Assembly: GCF_000400465.1 (NCBI RefSeq)
Contig: NW_008806277.1
Span: 390,001-422,000, forward strand
Length of the DNA stretch: 32,000 nt
Source: Wallemia ichthyophaga EXF-994
Lineage: Eukaryota > Fungi > Basidiomycota
Direction: 5' to 3'
Part shown: positions 19,393-30,633 of the stretch, one piece after another
How positions within the stretch are numbered: position 1 is the first letter of the stretch
Layout of the letters: the number at the start of each line of letters is the position of its first letter
Program-made: the position numbers and the translations under genes
Notes under the pieces: generated by a model
What the model was told of the DNA's origin: nothing
Seen by the model: only the letters and a program-made list of their open reading frames with translations
Database searches by the model: none

Positions 19393-22300
19393 ATGGGTTC
19401 AGAGGATCCAGCGTGCGTCGCTTTCCTAGGGCTACAATCCACGCTTACCAATACCCAGTCGCAGATCAGAGAGAGGTAAACCACCCATCCATAAGCAGCG
19501 CGTGAGTCGTTGTCGTTTGAATACCTGTAAACGCTCTCATACTTTTCCCAGGAATTCAAACTCGGCCTTGGGCGCGATACGCTCAGCATCGGTAGCAACA
19601 ACCACAACCCAAATAGACGGCCTGTGAAAAGCTGTGAGATAAATCGTTAGCAGTAGCGTATATTTCTCATTCCCCACACAGCTCCTGTCCAGCCAGCTCA
19701 AACTTCGGCTTTCTACAGTTCCACCCCACCCGCCGCGAGACAGCTGCAAAGTGATGCTGCCCATTCTTCCAAATCTGGTCCAATAGACATTGAAAGTGAC
19801 AACGGTGGCTTACCCACTCCTTCCACCTCCAATAGAGTAAAAGGTAAACAAAGGGATCATAGCTATGCTCAGTTATCTGCACAGTGGTCTAAACCCGTTC
19901 AGGACGCTCAAATTGACTTAGACTCTGATGATATTCCCATATCCAAAAGCGCTACTGGCGTGGCTGCAAATATGGCTGGGAAGGGTACACAGAAGAAACC
20001 CTTGATATCGTCGCGTAAGTCGCAGTCTAAACCATCGCAAGCTTCCCGAAAAGAGCCTTTGGATGTTGAACGAGGTAAACATATTAATCACGACAACAAC
20101 AATCTTTATACCACCAAAAAAGTCAGTGAAACCCTTCGCCATGGTTACCTGCATTACATCAATCTCAAGGGCTCCAATTCAAATAATGTCCTATATCTAG
20201 CTCAGACGAAGATCAACGGATATAACGTCGAAAAGTCAACTCATGGCTTGTATGCCTTGTATTTCGATGACGCCACATTATCGCTCTGTAGACGAGTACC
20301 ATCGCAAAAATTGATACCATGGCGGGTGATTGACCTCCAGGACTTGTATTCTGTCCAAGCTCGCAGCGAAGATATGTGCAGCGTGTTCTTCTTTGTACTC
20401 AAGGAAGATTCACCGACAATAAAGTCCCTTAAGGACCCTAAAAGCGAGTTAGCACTGGAGCATACAGTTGACGACAAAGAACTTACACTCTCAAACCACT
20501 TGAAATCGGCAAACAATACCATTACTTTTGTCACCGATCCAAATGCCCTCATCAATAGCAAAGATAAACACCGAAAACTTATTGGAAGTATAGAAAAAAC
20601 AATGAAAGAAGGCATACGAGAGATGCCTACTCCTCAATTTCAGCAATTCGTGAAATCCATCAATGAGAATGGCAGGGCTTCTGCCGACACAACCAAGTTT
20701 CCCGCTGATACAAGTAAGAGTAGGCCTCGGCAGAGCAGTGCAAATGAGACTATCACTATTGATGAAGAAGACAAATCCAATGCTAAATATGATGATGGTA
20801 CGCCAAAGGCCACTAAGCAAAAAAGAAAATCTTCAGCCAAAGGTCAAAATGACGAGATTGAGTTATTTTCTGAAGATGAAAGGGAGCAAGTCAAGAAAAA
20901 ACCTAAACCATCCGCAATTCCTAACATGGCGAAAGATAAACCCCCTCCTAAAGCAATCGTACCAGGTCAAGCCAGAGCACAAAGTCAATCAACACCTAAG
21001 ACTGAAGAAAACGATGAGTACACCTCTCGAAGGAGTATTAAAAACATCCCAATACCCCGCACGAACTCCACACGCAAAGCTAAAACTGATGCTAATAAGG
21101 CCAACAATGATGCGAAAACTTTAGCTTGGTGAGTGGTTCTGAGCATTTTAGATAGTCTCTGACAATACCCTTCTATACCAGCCACAAGCCTCAGATGGAT
21201 TCAGCAATTGCCAATGAGATTTATTTGATAAAGGAGTTTGAAAATGGCTGCCTAACAATACGGAGAGGCGATCGAGCCAGCATTGACCCTTCCGAATTCC
21301 TTAACGACTGTATAGTTGAGTATGGAATACGCTCAACGCTTATGAGGCTGCGAAATCGTGATCCGCTTTTAGCTGATCAGGTGCATCTTTTCAGCAGTTT
21401 TTTCTACTCATCTCTAGTAAATTCGTACGAAGGGTTGGGAGATCCCTACAAAACCATGTGGAGGTGGACGAAAGGTGTTGATATCTTTGCTAAAAAGTTT
21501 ATCTTGGTGCCAATATGTGAAAAGTGAGTGAATGTCACCTCCATTACCTACGCAGCTAACGAAGGCAGCTTGCACTGGTATTTGGCAATCATATACAACC
21601 CCAAAGGTGTGCTATACGGACCACCAGGAGACGCCAAGGATAAAAAGAAACAACCCAAACCGCGGTCGGCGACTGGAGCTGCTGGTGCGGCCGTCAATTC
21701 TGCTGCTGCAAAGAAGAAAGAGACTCAGAAGCGGAGAGAAGCGGCTAAATTAGATAAGAAAGCTGAAGCTGCCAAGCAGAAGAAGAATTATGATATCGTA
21801 GAACTCAGCTCTGATTCAGAAGAGGAGCCAGAGCGTCAGAGCCAAGAGAAGGACTTAAAAGATGAAAAGGATGGTAGCAAAGCAAGTTCCAGCGCAACAG
21901 GCAACTCACCTGAAGTCGATAAAGATGAAGACGTTGTTATGGCAGAAGCTCCTTTGTTCACACAAGGTTAGTGAATTTCACAGAAATTTCAAAGCTAATG
22001 TACAATACTCAGCTGAGCATACCGAGGCTTCTTCACAGCCAGATATACCAGACTCCAGTGCAGTGGAAGTTGTGGGTAGCGCAGATGGGGAATCAAGCAA
22101 AGTTGAAGGAGACGTGGACGTTGTGCACGAGATGCGTAGTAAAAATGCGCGCTGCTATATATACACACTCGACAGCTTGAGTGGAACGCACAGAGTTGTA
22201 ATAGACAACCTTTCCAGGTATCTCCAGATGGAAGCGCAGGGTCGGAAAGAGCTTCCCGAAGAAGAATTCAGTATGCCTGATGGTAAGACGCCGAAAGTAC

Positions 22301-24150
22301 CCAAACAGCCGAATTGGTGCGATTGTGGTGTCTACGTTATACACTACATTGATGTGTTTTTCAAGGATACGACTAAATACCTCAATTTGCTTTACAACTC
22401 ACATAGAATCAGACGCGAGCAGACTGATCCACAATGGGAGAACAAGGTTGCAACTAGTGCTCGCGAACGCCTGACCAAGGAGTTGGATGAAGAGGCTGCT
22501 ATATTTGACGCTGAGGAGATTCGCAAAGGAAGGCGGAAGCCCAAACCGATCGAAAAAAATAAGGAGAAAACTACTGAAACTGCTACTGTAACTCCAGCAA
22601 TTGGTGAAAATGATGGCGAGGATGCCGGTCAAAGTGATGATACAAATGACAAAGCTGTTAAATCTGGAAGTAATGAAAATTCGGATGAAGATAACAAGGA
22701 AATTGAAAGCAATCCATCTATTACTGCCACGACGGGTGAAAATGGTGAAGAAAGTACTAAAAATGAGAATGGATCTCACAAAGTTGAGCTACAAGCTAGC
22801 ACTAGCCAAGCAAAAGAGGAGGGTGTAATCAATATTTCAGATGAAAGGGACGGCTCCGCAGTAGCGCCTACAGATAAATCCTCAAGTCAGCCACCAGCTC
22901 ATTTATTAGGGGACTTGGGGGTTGTGATGGCATCCAATTTTATGGAAAGCTCAGGGCAGCATAGTGAGCAGCCTCACAGTGACTGTAGAAGGTCTCATGA
23001 TCTACGAGAGCCTCAGGTATCTCATAGATCCTCAGAGGCCCACGATGAAAGACAGCACACTTCTCACGATCATTCTCTGCGTTGTGCTCAGCAGATTCAA
23101 TCAGCGTCATCTTCGCAAACATCAAATCTATCTCTTCTTGCTCAACGAATAGAGTCAACCACGGCTTCGCCCGTCTCACCTACAATAATTACAAGTCTAC
23201 TACAGCGACTCAAGTCAAGCTCAACCTCACCAAAAAGAGAATCAAACTACTTCGATGCTCTTTCTGAGCGAATAGATGAGCACCGATCAGTGGATCCTGA
23301 ACGTATGCAGCAATTTCAGCAGTTGCAACAGTTTCAGAGAAATTTTGCTTCTATGCAAAGACCACAGGCTACCCCACCACCTCGCATTCCACACCCTTCA
23401 CAGGTTTCACAATCGTCTTTCCATGCAGCAAAGAAAGCGACTACAGAAATTGTTAATCGGAATATGGCACAGTCGCTTCAATCGCCAAATGATTCACAAC
23501 TAACTGAGACATTGATGCAAACGCAATCATCAGCTCAATCAGATGATACAGTATTTCCTAAAACTACCAGCAGTAAATCAATAAATTCCACAGCAGATCT
23601 ACCTTGTTTATCTGTCAAGCCAGACTCAACAGGAGTGATACCAAAGACAGATGTAAATAGTAATTTACCAAATGCCACGGAAATGCATCCGAGAGGGAAA
23701 AAAAGCAAGAAAGCAGCAGAAGAAAAACCAACTCGCAATGCTAAGATCAGGGATTTTCTTTCGAAACCTGCTGATGAAGAGAGAAGGGAGAAAACGATGT
23801 TTCAGCCACTAAGTTCTCACAGGCAGAACATGGGAATGAAGCCAAACAAAAATGACTATGATGAGTCTGCGAGTAAGCAGCATAGTAGAGAGCCAGGAGA
23901 TCCGCTTCCTACGTTTGCCATAGGCGCAAACCGAGCAAACCCAGAATATCCACAGTTCCAACGAAGTTCGGAAGATGAAAGGGATGAGAGAGACAGTCAG
24001 TTTGAAGGGCTCTCGATTATGGGCAGGAGTGGAACGATTGATTCTGGCCTTGATAGCCAATCACAGCCATCGCCTCGACCAGGGGAAATATCAGCGGCAA
24101 ACAACACACCGTTACCGTCACATCCAACGCTAGGATCGAGGCGGAGGTAA
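19393..24150 (+). CDS. ULP2: Ulp2/SENP6-7-like SUMO protease (peptidase C48), ~1489 aa, 7 exons
   Basis: Motifs FLND, HLFSSFFY, WTKGVDIF, VPICENLHWYLAII (His 21573), LDSL (Asp 22171), QPNWCDCG (Cys 22324). Introns 19413-19458, 19502-19551, 19634-19681, 21129-21181, 21524-21568, 21967-22012. Exon total 4470 nt, in frame. The first three exons are less certain than the catalytic region. Confidence 0.88.
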
Positions 24151-24331
24151 ACTAAACCCAAGAGTGAAATTCGCGCATCGTCAAGAATGATCCAAGGGCA
24201 TATGTCAAGCAACAAGTGGTTATAATAAAGAGCTATAAAACAAAACAAAGAAATTAATAATTATTTATTTGATAAACACAATTTTATAATTTTCATATCG
24301 AGCGAATCATAACTCATATTACAACAACGAG

Positions 24332-25748
24332 ATGTTTAGTAGGGGTGAGATTTGATATTAGAAGCTGTGAGCGCTGGACTGATAGGATTATATAGCCAGA
24401 GCGTCAGTACAGCAATTACCAAGAAGACCTGCTTCTGTGGTTAGTATTGGGAGAGAAACGCATCGACACAGCTCACGCCGGTGCACAGGCTGGATACCAT
24501 GATTTGAATATCACTCCAAAATCCAAATCACCAATCCTTAGACAAGGTCCAGGCGGAAGGAGTTCTGTTACTGGCCATGTCGCTACTGTTTTCGGATGTA
24601 CTGGATTCTTAGGACGTTATACGGTACAGAAAATTGGTAAGACGGCGTCTACAACCAAATTGAAGAGTTTTTAATTCAATTCAGCTCGTACTGGTGCTCA
24701 AGTCGTCACTCCATATAGAGACGAGCTCGAAAGGCGTCATTTGAAGCCAATGGGCGATCTTGGTCAGATTGTACCTATGGTGGGCATTCCTTTTTGAAAG
24801 TTTAGTACACGTCTCACTCACCCACTCTAGGAATGGGACGCTCGTAACCACCAACAGATAGCAGAATGCCTTAGACACTCAGACGTAGTCTACAATCTTG
24901 TTGGCCGTGATCACGAGACAAAGAATTTCAACTACGACGATGTTCACGTTAAGGCTGCTGCTGATATCGCTTCAATTGCTCAACAGGAGGGCATCGAGAG
25001 ACTGATCCACGTTTCACACTTCAACGCTGCTCATGACTCTCCTTCCGCTTTCTACAGAGCCAAACAAGCTGGTGAAGATCTTGTTCGTGAAAACTTTGAC
25101 GGTCCTTCCATCGTCAGACCTACAGTTATGTTTGGTCATGAGGATCGTTTCTTGCAGCAGATGGCTTGTGAGTTTGGGTGTATTGTGGTTTGAAAGTATT
25201 ACTGATGATATGATTAGTCTGGACTATTGCATACAAGCTCAACAAGGGTCAAACACGCGTAAAGCCGGTGCATGTGCTTGACGTTGCTGAGGCTTTACAC
25301 AAAATGATGACATTGGATCCAGGTCATGGAGACACATAGTGCGTTTTGCTGTGATTTTGAGCTTCCACACTAACAAACGTTTTCCAGCTCATTACCTGGA
25401 CCAAAAGAGTACACATATAATGAAGCGATTGACGTTGTTTCAGCATTGACATTGAAGGAGCACAAGGCACCATCAGTACCAAAAGCCCTCGCAAAGGCTG
25501 TAGCCAAGGTGATGGACAAGTCATTGTGGTGGCAGACAATGTCGGAGGATGAAGTAGAGAGACGCTACATTGACGATCTCCCAGGAATCCCAGCCGGACA
25601 CAAGAGCTGGAATGACTTAGAAATGATGCCTGATATAATGGAAGACGTGTCTATCCCTTACGTCAGAAGATTCCGTAGCGCAACGACATCGAACCTTCCC
25701 GTTGAATCTGGCGGTAAGCCATACAGACCACCAAGCGCACAAATGTAA
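24332..25748 (+). CDS. NDUFA9: Mitochondrial complex I 39/40-kDa subunit (NDUFA9), 372 aa, 7 exons
   Basis: Arg-rich presequence, [60 protein letters not shown]. Introns 24345-24395, 24440-24488, 24637-24684, 24780-24830, 25168-25217, 25339-25387. Exon total 1119 nt. Confidence 0.95.
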
Positions 25749-25825
25749 AACATTATCAATACATTTCCTTTATTTTGATTACATGTTTAGATTTACGTTC
25801 GTCTTTGTTTTCCAACGTCGATCAA

Positions 25826-27737
25826 ATGGGCAAAGCCAAAAAGCTCAGCAAAGAGGAGGAAACGAGAGACAAGAGGAGGTGGATGCGCTGGAGCAGTGCA
25901 GCGACTGTAAAAGGAATAGCTTTTAGTGATTTCGCAGGCAGCTACATCAACGCAGGCGCTGAGAGTGAGTTTATCGCAGCAGCTACACCACGTCAGGCTA
26001 AGCAAATTGAAAGAACTCGGGGCACAAAGATTCTGGCCTACGTCTGGGTGCGTTTGGTTGGACTACGTGTAGCTACTTGCTCACTCCAAGTCACAGTGAT
26101 ATGCCCCTCGAAATCGATAAGGCAGAGAAAGTCATCAGGGCGTTCACTACCGAGGGTATAGCAGTAGACGAGCCAATCGGTGAAGAAGGAAGGCAAGGTC
26201 GTCGTAGAGTTTTCAGGAAAATCGCTCCGAATGTCATGGCCTCCGCCAAAGGTATCGTAGTCTACACAGCTATGCGGTACGTTTGATGTTATTGGCTGCT
26301 TTGTACGCTGACAGCCTACCAAGCTCCGGTATGATGCCTTTCGGTGGTGCTGGTGGTAGTGGTATCGTTATCGCTAGATTGCCCGACGGCAGTGAGTGCA
26401 AGTTGGTCAAGTTTTTCACCGCTTACTAAGAATTAGACTGGTCTGCACCGTCGTGTATTTGCCCAAACAATGCGACTGTTGGTCTCTTGTTTGGATTGTG
26501 GGTTTACCTCTTTTATCCCGCTATTCCACATATTTGCTCACCTGCGATAGGGACGTGTACGATGTTGTGCTCGTGTTGCGTTCACAAAAGGCTCTAGATG
26601 GCTTTAAGGGCAAGGCTAATGTTACTCTGGGTGCTGAGCGTGGGTATTTGCCTGGTTTCTCGGTGTTTTGCTAATGTCTACTCAGTTGCCGTGGCTGCTG
26701 GGCCTGTTGGTGCTGGTGTATCAGTCGAGTCTGGCGTAGATAAGAGCCCTATTTGGTCTTATATTCGAAGTAAAGGCTTCTACGTCGGTACTGAATTGAT
26801 GGTGAGTGAGCATTGTCCATTTGATGTCATACCGATAAGCTTCAGGGACAAGTTTTTCTCGACAGATTCGATGAGAATGAGAGGTTTTACTAGTACGTTT
26901 AGCTCATTTTATGCGCAAATTTCAGCTCACCATCTTCTTAGCTGGCCTGGACTGAAATCCGGTCAAATTTTGGCCGGTAAGGTGCGACCGCCGCTAGAGG
27001 CAGAAAAGTTGTACCGAACACTCTACGAGGCAGAGACAGGTATAGCCCAGGGACAAAGTCTGGAGTATGAGGCGACGATATCTGAAGATGTATTGACTGA
27101 TCTCGATCTGAATGAGAACGAGACATTGAGATTACCACCTACACCAGAGCAGCTTGATAAGTTTGAGAGACAGGGGTATAAGGACGAGCTTGATATTGAA
27201 GCGGAGCAAAAAGAGCGTGAAGAGATACTGGCGTTACCTGCACCACCTAGACATCCATCGATTCTCAACTACCTAGCGAGGAAACAGCAAGGACTAGCAC
27301 TAACGGAGGTTACAGAAGACGAAGAGAGCGAGAAAGAGGAGAAGGATGAAAGGAGTGGGAAAGGGGAAGATGAAGAGGTGTTTGATTCAAGTCAAGCAAC
27401 CTCGAAGGAAGATATGCTTTATAGATTGAGGGAAGAAGAGCTTAACAGGGAGCTGGAAGAGTTGGATATGGATTCAGATTCTGATGAAGAAAAGGACAAT
27501 AAGCAAGACAATCAAGACACGGTCGATAAGGTTGAAACAACGAATATACCACCAGCGTTGCCACCGCGCAGACCAGTTGCTAAGCCAGAGTTACCACGAC
27601 GCGCTGATAGAAAGTCTTTGAGTGGAAATGAGAAGACAAGCAGGAGTAGCACACCGCCTCCTAGCTATAATCTGCAAGACAAGAAACATACGCCAGTGGA
27701 TACACGCTCAACGACAGAGTTTTCTGAGATAATGTAA
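25826..27737 (+). CDS. SYLF/Ysc84 actin- and lipid-binding domain protein without a C-terminal SH3, 509 aa, 9 exons
   Basis: Motifs FWPTSGD...EIDKA, GGAGGSGIVIARLPDG.WSAPS, DVYDVVLVL, GAELAVAAGPVG, SYIRSKG. Introns 25965-26013, 26048-26096, 26277-26323, 26392-26436, 26498-26550, 26640-26685, 26802-26845, 26893-26941. Exon total 1530 nt. Confidence 0.88.
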
Positions 27738-27790
27738 TTTTAAATATATTTACTTGATTTTCTTGTTTTACAAAAACATCCATCACCAAG

Positions 27791-30520
27791 ATGGTTAAAC
27801 AGGTGCACAGTATCGTGAATTCAGCTAAATTTGATGATCGGTGAGTTACTTGTACGTGGTAATGACGCGTATATTCACTCCCTTTAGGCTGTTCTGGGCA
27901 ACATTCAGACATCCACCGCCAACGCCAAACGAGCTGAACAGCGATCCACAGCCAATTTCCAACAAGCTAGAAGGACCCGCAGATCGCTATTACTTCTTCT
28001 CAATCGATAGCGATCTAGTTTGTACGTGTTTTTATAGAAATACTCGTGATTTCGTATCTCAAACGGCACAGATCTCTCTTTCTCCTGCGATTTTGGACCT
28101 TTAAATATTGCTCATTTATACAGGTACGATTAGTGCACTGCGATTCGGCGTCTTTCTCATCAATTTGCAGATTCTGCGTTTTGGTCCACGATCTACTCAG
28201 GGATCCTGATCTTATTGATAGGAAACTCGTGCTATATACCTCCACCAATCCCCACAATAAAGCTAATTCTGCCCTGCTGATGGCCCTCTACACCGTCTGT
28301 CTCCATCGCTAGTTACTCCTCCCGCTTACCCCACTTAGCTTATCGTGCTCAAACGTTCACCTTCAGACGCTTTTCATCCAATTGCAGATGTCAGTCGCCC
28401 TTTCCCATGAATTTTTCCCCTCAATTTCCTCCAGATCGAATTCATCCCTTACAGAGATGCCGGTCGCGGCAGGTGCGATTTCCATCTCTCAATATCCGTA
28501 TGTGTGGTGTTGATGGCTATCGCCTGCTAATTATGCGTAAAGGACTGTCTATGGGGCATTTACAAGTCTATCAATTTTGGCCTGTTGCGTATGGACAAAT
28601 TCGACTTGGAAGAGTATGAGTGGTCAGAGAAGGTTTTTATCGGTTGTTTTCATTCACAACTATCTCTCATTTTATGCATAGGTAGAAAATGGTGATTGGA
28701 ATTGGCTTACTCCAAATTTCAGTGAGTCTGACGCGTTTGCTATCTGCTCATCGTACTAAACGCGTGCAAAGTTGCATTTGCATCTCCAGTCGACCCTTCT
28801 TATGTGCGCTTGATACAGGCGCGGCAAAAAGTCGGGAAAAGTATCAAGTCTGAGCGTGATGACTTGCCTAGAAAGTTGCCATCTTCGTTCACTCTCCTCC
28901 TCGATCACTTCTCTCAGTCTGATGTCAAGCTCATTGTTCGACTAAACAATCCTCTCTATGACCCCAAAGAGTGGCACGAAAGAAGCATCAACCACTCTGA
29001 TCTCTACTTCGATGACGGCACCAATCCATCGGATGAAATTGTTAAAACTTTCATTCACATGTGCGACCATATCATTTCGAAAGGGGGTGAGTTGATGTGG
29101 ATTTGATTGATCTTGCTGACGTGCATAGGTGTCATCGCTGTTCATTGCAAAGCTGGTCTTGGTCGTACTGGTACGCTTATCGGTGGTAAGTGTTGGTGTA
29201 TATGGTGTACATTCTACTCACTCGCACCATCACAGCTTATCTTATCTACAAACATGGTTTTACTGCTAATGAGGTCATTGCGTTTATGCGCATAATGAGA
29301 CCAGGTAGCGTGGTCGGACCACAGCAGGTAGGTGCTTCCTTGCGTTTCAAATAGCAATCTAACAAAATAAACAGCAATACATGTACCAAAAACAATTTGA
29401 CTGGGTCCGGTGGGGTGTCATTGATGCGATGCGGAAAGAAGAGGAAGAAAGAAAGATCGAAAGGCAGCTAACAAATACAACAACAGTTACCTCTACACCA
29501 CCATTAGGATCTAACGATAATGGACCTAGCACGCCATTGCCAGCTGCGTCAACTTCAAAAGCTGGCATGACAGAGACACCTGCTCCTGTTGGACAGCCGA
29601 GAAAGACACCAGGTCCTTCGCGTGTCCTTGATAAAAAAACAGTCAGCAGTGGTAGTAGACCGGATGTAAATATCAATCTGAGTAGTTCACCATTGCGCAG
29701 ACCGCGTGTAGGCAGGAAGCGCTCATCTAGCATGCATTCGGGCATGGTGGGTGCAAAGGTGGCCCAAGAAGCTTCCAACGCGATGAGCAGAGAGAAAGAG
29801 CGGGAGAGAGAAAGAGAAGCAGCGAAATCGACACCACCTGATTCTAATTCTTTAAAGATATCATCAACGGCAGTCACTGAGAAGAGTAGTTCAGATGGCT
29901 CGACTAAATCTGCATCTATACCACACAACACATCCACATCTGCAGCATCGCCTGCTAAAATTCCTATCAGAGTCACAACAGCATCGCCAGCACGTCAGCA
30001 TCAGCGCGTAAACACGCAGTCGCAAACATCTGCACAGACATCACTGAGACCACAACCACCTAAGAGGACAACAACAGAGGTCGTAGAAACAACAGCGAAT
30101 GGCTCAAGGATAGTGCCTGCGAAAAGAGGTCATCTCTCACCTGCTTCGTCGGTTAGCTCGGCGGGTAGCTCTATGGGGCGTGTCGCTAGAGCTGTCGCTG
30201 CTGATAGCTGGATAGTCGATTCAAAGAAAAACAGTAGCTGGAAAGTGGAAGCTGGGGGTCCTGTAAGTCCCGTCAAAGGCGGTGGGGCCTCTGGAGGGAA
30301 TAAATTTGCTAGTACGATAGCTAAAGACTCTCCATCATCAAGCCTTACATCTTTATCATCCAAGTCGTCATCTAATTCACTCCTCTCACCTAACTCAATA
30401 CATAATGCCAATACTCCTAACTCAACTAAAAGTTCCAATCTTGGTAGAACTAATGCTTTGCGTAGCATTAGGAGACGTAGAAGTAGTCTCGGCGATACAG
30501 AAGCAGGTGATAGGTTGTAG
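27791..30520 (+). CDS. CDC14: Dual-specificity phosphatase Cdc14, 737 aa, 12 exons
   Basis: Motifs DFGPLNIA, KANSALLMA, PYRDAG, VENGDWNWLTPNFIAFASP, LYFDDGTNP, catalytic HCKAGLGRTG, MRPGSVVGPQQ. Eleven 42-50 nt introns between 27841 and 29374. Exon total 2214 nt, in frame. Confidence 0.96.
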
Positions 30521-30633
30521 AAAACCATTTACTTTAGCTCAAGCTAAGTTATTTATCAGTATTGGATTACTATATCATTCATATTTCATTCTATAAGGCT
30601 TACGATGTATGCAAATGGTATTATAGGTAAATT

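Noticed and set aside
19389-19882. Minus-strand ORFs of 71-75 aa upstream of the ORF-track start of ULP2
   Set aside because: The region is fully explained by plus-strand ULP2 exons 1-4 with three canonical 46-50 nt introns.
27865-28765. Two ACGCGT (MCB) hexamers inside CDC14 introns 1 and 8
   Set aside because: Roughly six ACGCGT are expected by chance in 32 kb at this composition and about seven are seen. Intronic position gives no extra support.
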